DNA from: Eukaryota sp. GEM-RC1
Taxonomy: Eukaryota
Direction of reading: 5' to 3'
Length of the DNA: 64,000 bases
Assembly: GCA_040285855.1 (NCBI GenBank)
Contig: JAUFOQ010000016.1
Span: forward strand, 1,798,001-1,862,000
The notes beneath the pieces are model-generated. The model saw nothing but the letters and a program-made list of their open reading frames with translations, was not told the DNA's origin and did no database searches. Each line of letters starts with the position of its first letter. Position 1 is the stretch's first letter. Below are positions 47,324-61,009 of this stretch, piece by piece. The translations under genes were made by a program, and so were the position numbers.

Positions 47324-47824
47324 TTAAAATGAATCAACAAAATGTAAAAGTTGTTGATTGGATTTTGCAGTGTTGTCAAATACAAACTTTGCAGTCTACA
47401 TATAGAGATCAAATGCCCTCTTTTTAACACACATTTTAATTTCGACGTTGTTAATGAAAATAATAGTCTTTTACAAACCAAAGTCTCTTTCCTGTGACAT
47501 TTCCTATTCTAGAAAAACTTGGAACGGAATTATGTTAAAGGTTTTTGAAATGTTTACATTTCCAAAACAACGTACTAGTAATGGATGATGGTCTATCGAA
47601 TGTAAAACCATATGCCAACTATCATATTAATCAATTTTTTTCTTTTAAAAATTCAAACATTCATGGAAATGATAGTATTTAGGTTGTTGGAGAAGCTTTT
47701 TCAGAAGTCTATATAATAAGAATGCAAGCATTGAAATGAATATGCAAGAATATGAAATAAAATAAGATTTATTGAAAGAGAAAGAAGTCAAATAATATTA
47801 CACAAAACAATACATAAAATACAA

Positions 47825-49891
47825 TTAATAAAAATCTGAAAAATTCAATCCCACTAACAAAGCATCAACTCCCAAGGAATGTTCTCTCATCGCTAAATCC
47901 TTAAGTTGAACTACCAGCTGCTCAACGGCCACGACAAAATCAGACCCCTGATTATTAATCGTAATCAAAGCATCCCCAAAAGGGAAGTTCATCAGTTCCT
48001 GAACTCAAAACTCGATGAATATGACGACAGAACGTATTAATAGACTTAATAGCTTGCGATATTCTTTTAAAAACATCTTTGTTTGTTAATAAACATTGCT
48101 GTAAAAGAGCGTCTGCAAACTCATTCATAAATATCTTCATTGCTGAAGGAGTCTGACTTGCTGCCAGGTTCTCCAAAAGATTCTTCCATTGAGGTTCAAT
48201 AACTGAAGTGGAACAATAAAAGAGGAAGGTCTGGATGAAGTGTAACATTTGCTGACGATACTTGATAACAGACATGAAAAATTCAAATTTCTCACTATTT
48301 CCATCAAGATTGGAATTTTGAAATATTTTGCCATTTTTCCTAAACAACGACTGATGTTCCCAAAGTGAAACCACCATTTTCTCGGTATACCTTAACATTA
48401 GAAAATGTCTAAACAACGGAGAAAGTTTGAGTAGAACTACTGGTGTTACAACTAAATTGAGCGGAAACGGGCATTCACAAGTTAAAGAGATTGCTTCTAA
48501 CGTGGTCAAGGATTTTCTTGCTGATAGGTCAGAACTAGATCTTTTGATTTCATCAAAATTGATTGGGTGGTCAGAGGAAAGGTTTAAGACAGCCATGATA
48601 TGGCCGAAAATGGAATAATTTAAAAGTTCAACTTTAGGGATAAACTTGACCTTTTTGGAACTGACGATTTCAATCAAAAATGATAGTCTTTCAGAGTCAA
48701 CAGTAGAGCTACTCAAGGTCAAATCATTAAAAGAAAGTTCAAGAAAGTTCAAAACCCACTCCCCTGATCCCAGAAGGAAATAATGTTTGATTGTTGTAAC
48801 CAAATAATCAATCAGACCACAATCAAAAATGGATTGCGTCGACATTTTTGAAGCCCATACGAAATTTTCATTAATTATTTGGGAAAATTCACGATTTGAT
48901 GGAAGTGGTGGCTTTAAAGGATTAAATCTTCGTACTATTGGTGACATTGACTCGCACTGTAGAGGGTCAATAAAACGTGATTTGATTGAGATCATGACGT
49001 GATTACCGCAATCAAGAAGCTGATCACTCAAAGTAAGAAGGAAGAACGGAACCTTCTCTTTAATTAGGACAAATGTTTGAGTTTTTTCATCTTGTCTAAT
49101 AAAGAACTCATTGAAGGGATCTTCAACTATTCCTCGACATAAATACTTTTTTAAAATTTTACAAAAGGAATCATTGCTGACAAGACAAGGTCAGAAAAGA
49201 CAGGAAACGACTCGTCACCGCGGAAATCCAGAGACTTTTGCACCATATCGTTTAAAAACACACATCCTTGACTATTCAAAGATCTGAAGACAGAGTCTAA
49301 CTTTGATAAAACAATCTTGTGTTTGGAAATTGAAGCTACAATCTTAGATAAATTGAGTGGACCAGATGCTAACTCACGATCAATTTGAGCTAACAAAAGT
49401 TCAAAATCACTTATTTTTGATAGAAGTGAAGATACCGTTGAGTGAACAATGGTTCCACAAGAATAGTGTAGATGCTCATTAGCCCATAGTTTAAGAGAGA
49501 GCATGGATTTAATGAGAGGAAGGCAGTATTCCAAGAGGGAGAGGAGTTGAGGGTTTACAGAAGATAGAGAATCGGAGAGAGTGACGGAGGCAGGAGAGGC
49601 TTCGATGAAAGGGGATTTGTGGCCAAGTAATGTGCCAACTAGAGCACAAGAAAGGATATGTTCTTGAGTTTGAGGAGGAAGTTTATGAAGAGGTGGCATT
49701 TCAGGAGATGAAGGTGGGGCAGTGGTGAATGGGGATGGAATTGCCCATGAAGGAATGAATGGAACATTAGGATTGTGTTTAGGTTCAGGAGCCACAGATT
49801 TAGAAGAAAGGACAGACTTTCTAGCAGGTTGAGAAAGATAGTGTGATATCTCCCGGGAAATAGCCGACGGAGACTCTGGACAAGTGGCCAT
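47825..49891 (-). CDS. TUBGCP2: Gamma-tubulin complex component, GCP2/Spc97-like, several frameshifts
   Basis: QE..L...L...LLG, IVEDPFNEFFI, IKHYFLL..G.W...FLE, FPLNLVV, LFRH...LRY.EK, RQQMLHFIQ....Y....VIEPQW and terminal LNFSDFY*. Confidence 0.8.
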
Positions 49892-49894
49892 TGA

Positions 49895-51316
<1,422 letters not shown>

Positions 51317-51391
51317 AAATTGAATATTTTAAAAAATGTATCGTTTTTGTAAAAATAGTCTTTGTGATATGAGAAATCTAAAATAAATGAA

Positions 51392-51545
51392 CTCTGATTT
51401 TGAGAAAGACGTCAAAAAGGAATGAACAAGAAACTTGATTATGAGTTTTGGTTGAATCGTATTGTCTTTACAAGTATTAAAACAATTCATGTTGTGTTGA
51501 AAGCATTATCAGCTCTCAGTTTTATTTTTTAAGAAAAAGTAATAT
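51392..51545 (+). mobile_element. Short family-A LINE fragment
   Basis: CTCTGATTTTGAGAAAG...TTTTGGTTGAATCGTATTGT...AGCTCTCAGT matches ~713-860. Confidence 0.7.
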
Positions 51546-51941
51546 TCGGGTTTTCGATAGGGTGCCTGTATCTTGAAAGAACATCACCAATTTGAGTAAC
51601 AGGTAGGGACTAATCAAAAAAAATAATCATCACTATTAACATCCCTTTTTGAGAATAAACCAAGGAGTCAGTACCTTGTAACTGAATCAAACAAAGTACT
51701 GAAACCACGATTGATTCTACTGATGGCAAGCAGATTTACAAACAATGATGACACAAACTACACAAGTTTTGAATACATTTTGATTTTATGTGTAAATCTG
51801 AGATTAAGAGACTCAATTTATCTTTTGCCGGTGCTGTTGCATTGGCTCTCTGCTTTGATTGTTATACAAGTTTAGTAAGTGAAATCATGGTGCCGTCGAT
51901 CAGACGGTTTTGGTATCTTTACAACAATTGTGTTTCATACA

Positions 51942-52037
51942 TAGTACACTAAAACACGTGTTCTTCCAGTTACAACACGTTCAGAACACGTTCACACTCA
52001 ACACCGTGTCCAAACACGCCCGGAGTTTTGTGTACTA
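51942..52037. mobile_element. Miniature inverted-repeat element (96 bp)
   Basis: Termini TAGTACAC(T)AAAAC and GTTTTGTGTACTA, with several internal AACACG motifs. No clean TSD. Confidence 0.55.
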
Positions 52038-52099
52038 TGGTTTCACAGATAATCTATTTACTAGTAGGTATAAAAATATACTATTTATTCTATATGTAA

Positions 52100-52830
52100 T
52101 AGACTAAACAACTAAAATTTGATATCATTAAAATAACACCCGTCGCTATCGAACCTTACAACAGCTTTGTCCTCATAAAAGGAACTCACAGCTAATAAAG
52201 CTTTGGAGATGATTAGGGGAATTGTTTTAACCACAGAAGATGAATTCTCGTCGACACAATCCTTTTGTTTTCCACCATTTTGCTATTTCTCTTTATGGAA
52301 CATTTGGTTGCTTCGGTCAACAATTTCTCACAGATTTTGCCAAAATGTGTAAGCAAAGAAAGAATTTTTATCAAAGTGACTGGAGAGGAAGGTTGACGTT
52401 TTCCCTTTCAAAGCACTGTTTAGGTATTTTGATTCGATTTTGAACCGTCTCTTTCAATTGAGACATGAATTTGAGATGATGTAGAGGTCTTTGTATCTCA
52501 TTTGTTAATATTGATGATAGTTTGTATTTGTAAGAGTAAATAAAAGACGTTTTTAACCACAGTAAAAACTATATGATTCAATCATAACATATGATCAAAT
52601 CGTTTGTTAATCCTATTTTTTTACGATTTTTCCGAAATCGTTTAAGAAATTCAATGCACTTTGTCCTAAACGTCCGTAGACTGATACAATAAAAGGGCAT
52701 AATTCGTCTTCAACATGTTCTACATGTTTTAGAGCCATCAATGGTCCCTTGTACTTATCCTGTTTAGCTTGTTCAGAAATGTCTAAAGGGGAAGTTTCAG
52801 AGTAAGCATTCTAGAAAACCTACATGTAGT
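52100..52830 (-). mobile_element. Family-A-like RLE LINE fragment interrupted by a family-B insertion
   Basis: Minus strand reads SPLDISEQAK.DKY...LCPFIVSVYGRLG...LN.IVFTVV | KTIPLIISKALLAV, continuous across 52237-52562. Confidence 0.75.
52237..52550 (+). mobile_element. 5'-truncated non-LTR retrotransposon (family B) with 12-bp TSD
   Basis: FAISLYG.FG..G..FL.DF...WRGRL.FSL. TSD TTTTAACCACAG at 52225-52236 and 52551-52562. Ends ...AATAAAAGACGT. Confidence 0.85.
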
Positions 52831-53483
52831 ACTATTATGTTGTCTATCATGTTAATTCGTTTAATCTTTTTGCTTTTCAATACATACTTTTACATATACA
52901 TTTTGTACATTTCGAAAGTCACAGGTCAAATTGAAACTGAAATCATTCAAATGATAACCTAAATCATTTCTAAAGTGGACATTTCATTTTTTACAATCTA
53001 CTTTGCGTGTCTACTTACAAGAGCACTTGGATCCGAAATCGGATTGAAATGCATGTAGTTTCATCAAGAATAGAAAATCTATGATTTGAAAACAGTGAGT
53101 CAATTAGTACGTATAATACAGCGTATCTAATAAATATTAAAAAAGAGTATCAGTTCATTCAGAACTAAGCTGAAGTTCAGCTGCTGAACTACTACAGTAG
53201 TAATTATGATTGCTATATTCATATACCAAGTCATTCAAACTACTGTAACAACTAATTTAAATTGAAGTGAGTTACAAAGGCTGACAACAAGGCATGTACA
53301 TGGAATATTCACTCAACTGAAGGTGTAACCTGAATATAAGAGTTGGTATAGATTGTCAAAGACTTCGTACAGAGAATTCCATAGGTCAATCTCTGTTCAA
53401 AATCCATATCTGAGCTAACAGGGTTATGACAACATCCAAAACACATAATTCAAGCGGATTTATTCAAAAAAAAAGGAAACGAA

Positions 53484-53999
53484 TTACTGATACTGATCAT
53501 ATTGATCATACGAGTCATTTCCTTGCGGCTGAGCAGGAGTAGAAGGACTGACCAGGTTTTCAAAGACTTTCGATGCAACTTGGCTATTTACACTACCCAT
53601 GACTTCACGGCCCTTGGTACGTAACAAGTGAAGACCATGGTGAGAGATCATTGTCTTAGTTTGATGAATTCTGGAGAGAACCATCTCTAGACTTTCGTTG
53701 ATACGGTCCTTATGGCGGCGCAGGAACGAACTGACGATCATATCATAGATGTACTCGGTGGTCTTGCTAGATCGAGGAGATGTCATCAAATAGAGCAACA
53801 CGATCTTACCTATAGAATAGAAGGGGATCCATGAAATAAGGAAGTCTGCAAACTTCTGGAAGGTTGAAAGTACGGCGAAGCAAACCCAATACTGAAGCCA
53901 ACGTTTCTGCGAAACTTCATCCTCTTCCTCCAATGCTGTGAAGGTGAGGAAGGCGGGGTAGAGCACTCCAAAGAACAGATGAATTAAAGCGAACACCAT
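53484..53999 (-). CDS. TB2/DP1/HVA22 (REEP/Yop1) family ER-shaping protein
   Basis: GVLYPAF.TF.ALE.......RWLQYWV.FA......F.D..ISWIPFY...K. Confidence 0.92.
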   Translation of the reverse strand: MVFALIHLFFGVLYPAFLTFTALEEEDEVSQKRWLQYWVCFAVLSTFQKFADFLISWIPFYSIGKIVLLYLMTSPRSSKTTEYIYDMIVSSFLRRHKDRINESLEMVLSRIHQTKTMISHHGLHLLRTKGREVMGSVNSQVASKVFENLVSPSTPAQPQGNDSYDQYDQYQ

Positions 54000-54754
54000 T
54001 GATCTTGAAGAAAATGAAATGGCGCTTTTTTCCCAATGCACATTTTGGAAGGTCAGTCATCGCTTTCTTATTTTCTTTTGTTATCAACACAACTGGATTC
54101 AACTAGCCTTCTACCTAAAAAGGACGATGAAATACCCCTGTTGTTAGCTGTTTGATACAGATTAAAATTGATTTCTACCCTTGTGTCACAATTGCTGCCT
54201 ATTCTGTGGTGACAATTATCCTGGTGTGAATTATTCCTAGTTTGAAATTAATTATCGTGTTATTGTACAAGTTTTAGTTTTTTTTGAAACATCATATTTA
54301 TAAATGTAATAACAAAACTTTACAAGGTTGAATTTGAGTTATATTGAACTGATGATCAAAAATCTCCAGAGTGGGAATATTTGACACTGTAGCTTCTGAT
54401 ATTTGTAATTCTAGTTGTCGAATATTCTGAATAATGCTTCTTTGAATTGCTGGTATCAGTTTCTCCTCCTTCTAACGGAAGACTCACACTTATTTCCAGT
54501 CGACTTCATTAACTAACAATGCTACGAATTACAGTAACATTGAATAATTTGTGATTGCAGATCTGTTGATGAAATCAGTGGACAAGCGCTCAAATACACG
54601 ACAGGAACACTCTGTAGAATGAACTACATTGTATTTTGCATCAATTGATCCAATTGTAGAGTGCTGATCAAGTTTATAATCTGAATTTTCTTCCAACCTG
54701 GATTCAAGAGATCCTTTCAGAGTACCACATCGTTCCTTTTTCAGTCCTTGGCTG

Positions 54755-56229
54755 ATGTCTAAACCACTTCTCAGCCTTATCACTGTTTTTTTTGTCGTTT
54801 GTTGGTCTCATAGTCTCTTTTGTTCACTTTATCTATTACAATTCAGTTCCCTCATCGATATGCTTGCTGTTGGGACTGTTATCAATAATCGTCTCCATCT
54901 TCATTTGCTTTTCGAGTAAGCTGCCACTATTTTTCCTTTGTGCAATCCCAGTAATCGACGTATCCTGTTACTTTTATGCTCCACTCATTCCCCATGCTCT
55001 CCTGTCATCGTTCTTCCTTACCTCTCTTGTCCTTAATCCACTACTTCTCATTGCTGCTCTTGTCCATGTTAACCCATCCAACACCCTTGATGCTCTGACT
55101 AATGTCATTCCCATTCTCTTTAGCTTTTTTGCATTGGTTTTCTCCACTATTGAACCTTCAGTTTCTGGGGACACGTTCATTGGAAAGTTTGTTCTTCGCA
55201 ATACATTGGTGCTCTCCTTGTCACTGCTCTTTTCCTCCTCTTTCTTCCACCATCAGCCTAAACAAACCTCCCAATGTCGACTGTGTAATTCTGACAACCT
55301 TCCCCACACCGCGTCTTTTCAGATCTCAGCTTCAAACACTGTTTGTCCTTTCTCTTTGGAATCAATTTTGATGAGATATTTTGAAATTTCTTTGATTGTT
55401 ATTCTGTTGTCCTTTAGTAGTGGGAGGATGTATCAGGAGCTATCTCTGTGGAACTTTCCCCAACGATTCTTCTTTCTAGTTCCACTGATATTACCAAATC
55501 AATTACCGGTAAAATCTGTTCTAAGGGAAAATCAAGGTGCTTGGTTGAGTGTTGAACCGAAATTTTTGCAATATTTGAAACTCATTTCTTGCATTTATCT
55601 TTTGTTTTTGATCTCTCGGTTAGGGTTCAAGTAGCGCAGACTGCTTTGTCAATTCTTCTTCTTTTGCTCCAATTGTTTTAATTTTTGAACTAATCACGGG
55701 TTTTGTTTTCTTTCTCTCAAAAGTCATCTTTAATCACTTGTGTTCTTCATGGATGTTGACAAGTTATTGCATTGATGTTCTTGTTAGTAAATTGTCTAAT
55801 ATTGTATTTATGACGGGATTGTTCTTTGTTTTCAGAGTTTCTAAATTGAATAATTTTGTTACAGAAAATTTCTCAATTTGTTGTTTTACTATAGCATATC
55901 TTCAAATTTCTCAATTGATTGTGTTTTTATTACCAAAAACCAGGGAAGACGCAGCTCCAAAAACATTGCTAGACAAATCCAAAGGAATCGGACTCGAATT
56001 GATTTTAAATATGCTGGTTCTTCACAAAATGTTTTCCAAAAATTCATCAATTATTATACTAATTTTTCTAGCATCGCGAATATACTATACAAGAATAGTG
56101 TCGCTGGTATTCGTGATTCCAATTGTCTTCATGTCCATATTGTTGAAGATATTTAAATTTTTGGCACGCAGTTTTCACATTGAAATTCAATTATTCCTAC
56201 ATTTTTTGAAAACAACCACTCCGAAATAA
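54755..56229 (+). CDS. Hypothetical multi-pass membrane protein, frameshifted
   Basis: ATG 54755 joins ORF 54792 by removing one T from a T8 run. Highly hydrophobic ORFs 54792-55634 and 55738-56229. Confidence 0.55.
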
Positions 56230-56265
56230 ATTCTTAAATTAAGATCAAAATTAAAATATTTGAAA

Positions 56266-57869
56266 TTAAAACCTCTGAATACAATCTAAAACATCACCAA
56301 AATGAACAATATGATTTTTCAACTTGTCCAAAAATTGAACAAGCATTTCCCTCTCAACATCATAAATAGCACCAAATATTTTCGACAATGATTTACTAAA
56401 GAGCTCAGCCTCTTCCACCGAATAACAGTGTCCCGTAGTCAAATAAAACTGACTGTAATCAGTTAAAAGATCACGTGTTCCCTCAACAATTTCCCTAAAC
56501 TCAATGTCAAAACCAACTAGAGAAAAGCTCTCTCGAAGCAGGGAATCGAGGCCACTCATTGATTTGATTACTGTGGACAAGAAACCTATACATCTAAAGA
56601 AAATGAATCGAAGTTGAGTGCCCAATAGCTTTTGAGCTTTGAAAAGTTGATCTATTTCAGATCTAATTAAGGGAATTAACCACGAACAAACAGAAAAGCA
56701 GAACTCATCGGAATCATTATAGGAAAGAGTTTCTAAAGCGGGGAAATCAAGCGTACGTAACAGATCAAGGAAATAATGAGATAAAAGCATTCTAGCTAAG
56801 GGTAAGGTCAAGCTCTGAATACCAAGAGTCTTAATATTAAATATTCTATCAGTATTTGAATAATGCAAATCCCCTCTCCTTTGAACATCCATCATCATTA
56901 ACTCAGTGATAAGTCCTGCAGAGACAGAGTCGTCAGCAGATATACCATAGTCAGTGGTACAGGTCTTCCAGTAGGTAGAATAGGAAAGAAGTTTGTAAGG
57001 GACGTAGACTTGCTCTTCGAATAAAGTTGAAATTACTGTATCAGGCTTTTGTTCAGCAAATGTTGCTTCTTTGATTGCAGAAAACGTCATGTAGGACAAG
57101 TAAGCATGAGTCAGAGGACCAGTTGACATGAAACTCAAGTCATTATATATAGAACCTTCTGGATTCTTGTCAAAGAAAGTGTTAATTGTTGATACGATCC
57201 GTCGTTTAGCTGATCCTTTAAGAGGCGTGGTTATAGAATGAGAGGGAGGGGAGATCTGACGAGCTACTGGTTGGAGAGCAGACTTGAAGTATCGGGAAGG
57301 ATGATCTGAGAAGGAGTAGATGAGGTAGAGGAAGAGTTGGCCAGCGAACGGAGTGCCTATTGAGTCACGGAGATATGATAGGGTGACAGGGAGGAAAAAA
57401 GATCGTTTTGAATGGCTGAACCGCATTCAAGGATAAAGGAACGTGCTTGATCAAAGAATGGTGGCAGTGAGAACAAATGAGAAGTTCTGAGGGATTGAAT
57501 ATGTTCGTAGAAACGTAGGGCAAATTGGTGAAGGAAAAGAGAAGGGTTAGACTTGTAGAACACAGCAAAGAGAGTAGGTGAAGGGTGAATATCGTCAGGG
57601 AGGCTTACGGAGACAGAAGATAGGTGCTCATCGGTTATAAGTCGATTGCTGAGGACAAAAGAAGTTAGGGGCTTTAGAAGGGTTGAAGATGCATTGCTGA
57701 CTATAAAAGGCAGTATGGAAGAGATTGTTGATGGAGGAGCAGTCGAAAGTTGTGTTACACATATATCTAGAAGCTGATCCCGGACAGGTGTCAGAATAGT
57801 GTCCTTGTCTATATTGGCTGATGTTAACACATTGATGAGGGCAGAGAGTTGCTCCTCAGAAGATGACAT
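56266..57869 (-). CDS. Hypothetical helical protein, possibly a divergent NELF-B/COBRA1, frameshift ~57400-57430
   Basis: Two overlapping ORFs. Spaced motifs VRDQLL, LKPL..FVL, NPSLF, KRR, L..ELMM and LARML loosely follow NELF-B order. Confidence 0.4.
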
Positions 57870-58483
57870 TATTATCTGGATTGCTTCAGTTTTGTTATTG
57901 AGAATTTCATAACCACGCAGTTGTGTAATAGACTCTTGCTTTCACAGGCGGTAAGCATACAGCAACATCTGACAAAGATAATCATGATCTTGAATCGTAG
58001 TTATTCTCTTTAATTACATCTTTCCGGGTGCTGAGCCGAAGTAGTGATGAGTTGTTAGTCAGCAAAGTACATCATTCTTTTAAAAACAGATCAAATGTAC
58101 AAATTATCAAGTTCTTACTATTAATCCACTTATTATTCTATTTTAGATATGTATCCAATACAAAATATAAATAATTTCTTTCAATATTTCGTTCAATGTT
58201 TCAGTTTTTCGACGGAATTTTGAAGCAACTCTTTGGGATTCAAGATCATGTCATGGAATAGTATTGTTGATTTTGTTTTCGTCTTTAGACTTTATGTATC
58301 TTTAAGAGATAAAAGGTTTTGTTAAAATAAATTAATGTGTAAATAATTTTAAAACCACTTCAAAGAACACCAAAGATGTTGAAAGACAAAACACAACATC
58401 GAGAAACAAAGGTTTCACACATATAAAATAAACAAACAAATACAGTCCAAAAAATTCAAAAGTTTTGAAAACATCGACAACCC

Positions 58484-60517
58484 TCATCGTCGATTACCGG
58501 GTGCTCTCCTAGAGGGATTTCTTCTAAAATGACCTGAAGATCTATCATCAGAAAATCGATCTCTTCTATCACGTTGACCTCCAGGGCCAGAATACTTCAG
58601 ATTTGTTCCAAAATGACTCCTAGAAATCCCCTCACTCTGTGTCCTGGTAGTACCTTCCGGTCTAAAGTCCCCCCTATCCTCTGCTCTCCTTGCTACACGA
58701 GGAGGAGGAGCTTCTCTTGGAGCAGGAGCAGGAGGTGCAGCTGCTGGAGGAGGTACAGGTGCTGCTTTTGGCGCAATATTCTTCTTGATCGCTTCCTCTT
58801 TCAGTTTCTGAATGCTTGGATCCTTGGTTAATGGCTCTTGTACAGCAGAAGAAACCAGACTCCCAGGAGGAGCTTCCTCATTACCAGTAACTACCGTTGG
58901 AGGAACAACAGGTGCAAGAGCAACTGCAGAGGAAGTTGAAGGTTGGGGTGGAAGCAAAGTTCTTCGTTCTCCAGTCCAAAGGAAACTGATATCACCTCCA
59001 TCGTAACCAACTAGCATCATTGGATCTATCATTTCAACAGTTCTCCTTACTCTCCAACAGAATGCCTCATTTTTAACAAGATGAGGCTTAGCCTTGACAA
59101 TGTCTTTAAGTTCTTGTAGAGTAGGCCTCTTGTTTCTTTTAGGATCTCTTATTATCGCTCTTAATCCTTGTCTGTGTAACTTGTCAGCTGCCCTCGCAAC
59201 TCCCATAGCAAAGTCCATGTTTGGTTTGTAATTTGTCAAGAAAGGGGAAGGTTTGGGAGCAGGTTTAGGTTCGACTTTCGGCCATTCTGATTCAATTGGG
59301 AATTGCGACTCAGTTTTACTACTAATGTGGTTATTGTAGAGAGTATCAGTGGTTAGCAGTAGACGAACAGTGGAAGCTGAGAATTGGTAGTTAGGTATCT
59401 TGCGTAGTTTGTCGGCAGCTTCCTTTTTAAACCTATCAAATGTAGATAATTGACCTTGATTGAGGTCTGATTGGGTGATTCGATGGAGAAGAACAAGAAT
59501 AAAACCAAGAAAACGAGCAATAAACAACGGATCTCGTAATTGAAAGAAGAAAAGGTTAGGTTCAGGTTTAGTTACCTCTAATGGATCTTCGACTAATGAT
59601 TGAGATTCAGAAGTCAAATGGGGAAGGATTTGATCAATGTTTCTAAAAACAGCTGACACGTCAGCAATCACAGTCGGAAGTCCATTGACGTCAATCGTAC
59701 TTGAATCGCCAAAGGTGTAGAGTCTGAGAAAGCGTAGGTAAATGTCTTTTAGAACAAAAGATTCACCTTCTACCGATGGAACTGCTGTATCAGTTACAAA
59801 GAGTCCCAGACCTTGCCAAGGGCGGTAGATAGCATCGTCCTGGAGATCAAGATCATCAAGGTCAGGAAAGAGACCAGCTAGGGTAATGGGGGAGGAGGAT
59901 TTGGAAGAAACGTGGAGAGGTGGAGTAATGGCAGTGACAATGATGAGGATAGCAAGAAGACCATCTTCAGCTGAGCAGGGAGGAAGTGACGAGTCCTGTT
60001 CCATGGCTTGAACCGAGGAAGTAGAAAGAGTTACTTGAGGGAGAGGGCTTAGACGACGAACAACACGGTTCATTGTGAGACAAACGACAGCGTATAAGTA
60101 TTGGCGGAAGTCTGCTACGAGTGAATAGATAAGAGACTTGATTAGTGGTAATTGGTCTTTGAGAAAACATAGAATATAAGGAACTGAATGGATGTGGATT
60201 GTTGAAGTAATGTCATGTATGGTGGTTGTGAAGATTCTGAATGCAGATACCACGGTTCCTCTTGCTGGAGAAGAGGAGAAGAAGCGAGAAGTTGTAGCAA
60301 AAGAAAGTGCCAGTAATTTGGAGGATAGTAGGACATCGCTATGGTTCAACGTGTCTGGTGAAAGTTGAAGTAAGAAGGGAAGAACCATGGCACGAAATCT
60401 ATCGGAAGTGTCAGGTACATCAGAAAGAGGGAGAGCAGCAACAGCTTCACAAGAGGTATCTAGAGAGTTGACAGTGTCTGAACTGTCAAGGATAGATACA
60501 AAGGGGTTCAGTGACAT
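58484..60517 (-). CDS. THOC1: THO complex subunit 1 (Hpr1/THOC1)-like
   Basis: Y..W.GL..F..D, LF.FQLRDP.F..RFL..ILVLL, F...VR.LL.T and N.AFCWR..R, with a Pro-rich then R/D-rich tail. Confidence 0.65.
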   Translation of the reverse strand: MSLNPFVSILDSSDTVNSLDTSCEAVAALPLSDVPDTSDRFRAMVLPFLLQLSPDTLNHSDVLLSSKLLALSFATTSRFFSSSPARGTVVSAFRIFTTTIHDITSTIHIHSVPYILCFLKDQLPLIKSLIYSLVADFRQYLYAVVCLTMNRVVRRLSPLPQVTLSTSSVQAMEQDSSLPPCSAEDGLLAILIIVTAITPPLHVSSKSSSPITLAGLFPDLDDLDLQDDAIYRPWQGLGLFVTDTAVPSVEGESFVLKDIYLRFLRLYTFGDSSTIDVNGLPTVIADVSAVFRNIDQILPHLTSESQSLVEDPLEVTKPEPNLFFFQLRDPLFIARFLGFILVLLHRITQSDLNQGQLSTFDRFKKEAADKLRKIPNYQFSASTVRLLLTTDTLYNNHISSKTESQFPIESEWPKVEPKPAPKPSPFLTNYKPNMDFAMGVARAADKLHRQGLRAIIRDPKRNKRPTLQELKDIVKAKPHLVKNEAFCWRVRRTVEMIDPMMLVGYDGGDISFLWTGERRTLLPPQPSTSSAVALAPVVPPTVVTGNEEAPPGSLVSSAVQEPLTKDPSIQKLKEEAIKKNIAPKAAPVPPPAAAPPAPAPREAPPPRVARRAEDRGDFRPEGTTRTQSEGISRSHFGTNLKYSGPGGQRDRRDRFSDDRSSGHFRRNPSRRAPGNRR

Positions 60518-60540
60518 TTGAGACTGTAATACAGTAGTAA

Positions 60541-60645
60541 GGAAATTTAGGGCTAAATTTTATTACCAAAATTAATTTACGGTTTTGAGTTGTTACGGAA
60601 ATTAATTTATGGTTTAGTCTCATCGCAAAATGAATTTACGGTTCA
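60541..60645. repeat. ~30-bp-period AAATTAATTTACGGTT repeats, probable orphan transposon terminus
   Basis: Copies at 60569, 60599 and 60628, plus a degenerate copy at 60541. The spacing resembles the MULE subterminal repeats. Confidence 0.45.
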
Positions 60646-61009
60646 CTTTTTAGACAGCCCTGAGCAGTAGTTTTGACCATATCTTCTAATATACATGCCA
60701 TAACTATAACATATATTAGTGAAAGTATATCAAACTACAGTACTGAATTACGACAATCAGTGATCAGTCACAACTGGTGACGAAACAATGTAGTTTCCAT
60801 GACTGTTTGTTGTGCTGTTAGTGGTGGTACCCGTCTGCGTTTGAAGCACCTTGAGTTGTTTTCCCCATAATTGACTTTGAGATTTCTTCTAATATAATTA
60901 TCGTACATTGTAACTTGTTTCCACAGTCAGGGTATGAAGACATCAAACGATCATGTGATGGTAAAAGAATATTTAATTTCCGCCAAACCTCCTTTAGTTG
61001 TGCTTGCTG

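Noticed and set aside
54529..54783. Minus-strand ORF starting IRLRSGLD, resembling a LINE RLRLGL motif
   Set aside because: That stretch is antisense to the likely start of the membrane-protein gene (ATG 54755), and no further RLE motifs follow.
60977..60987. E2F-like TTTCCGCCAAA motif upstream of the BTB gene
   Set aside because: A single imperfect short match with no supporting context.
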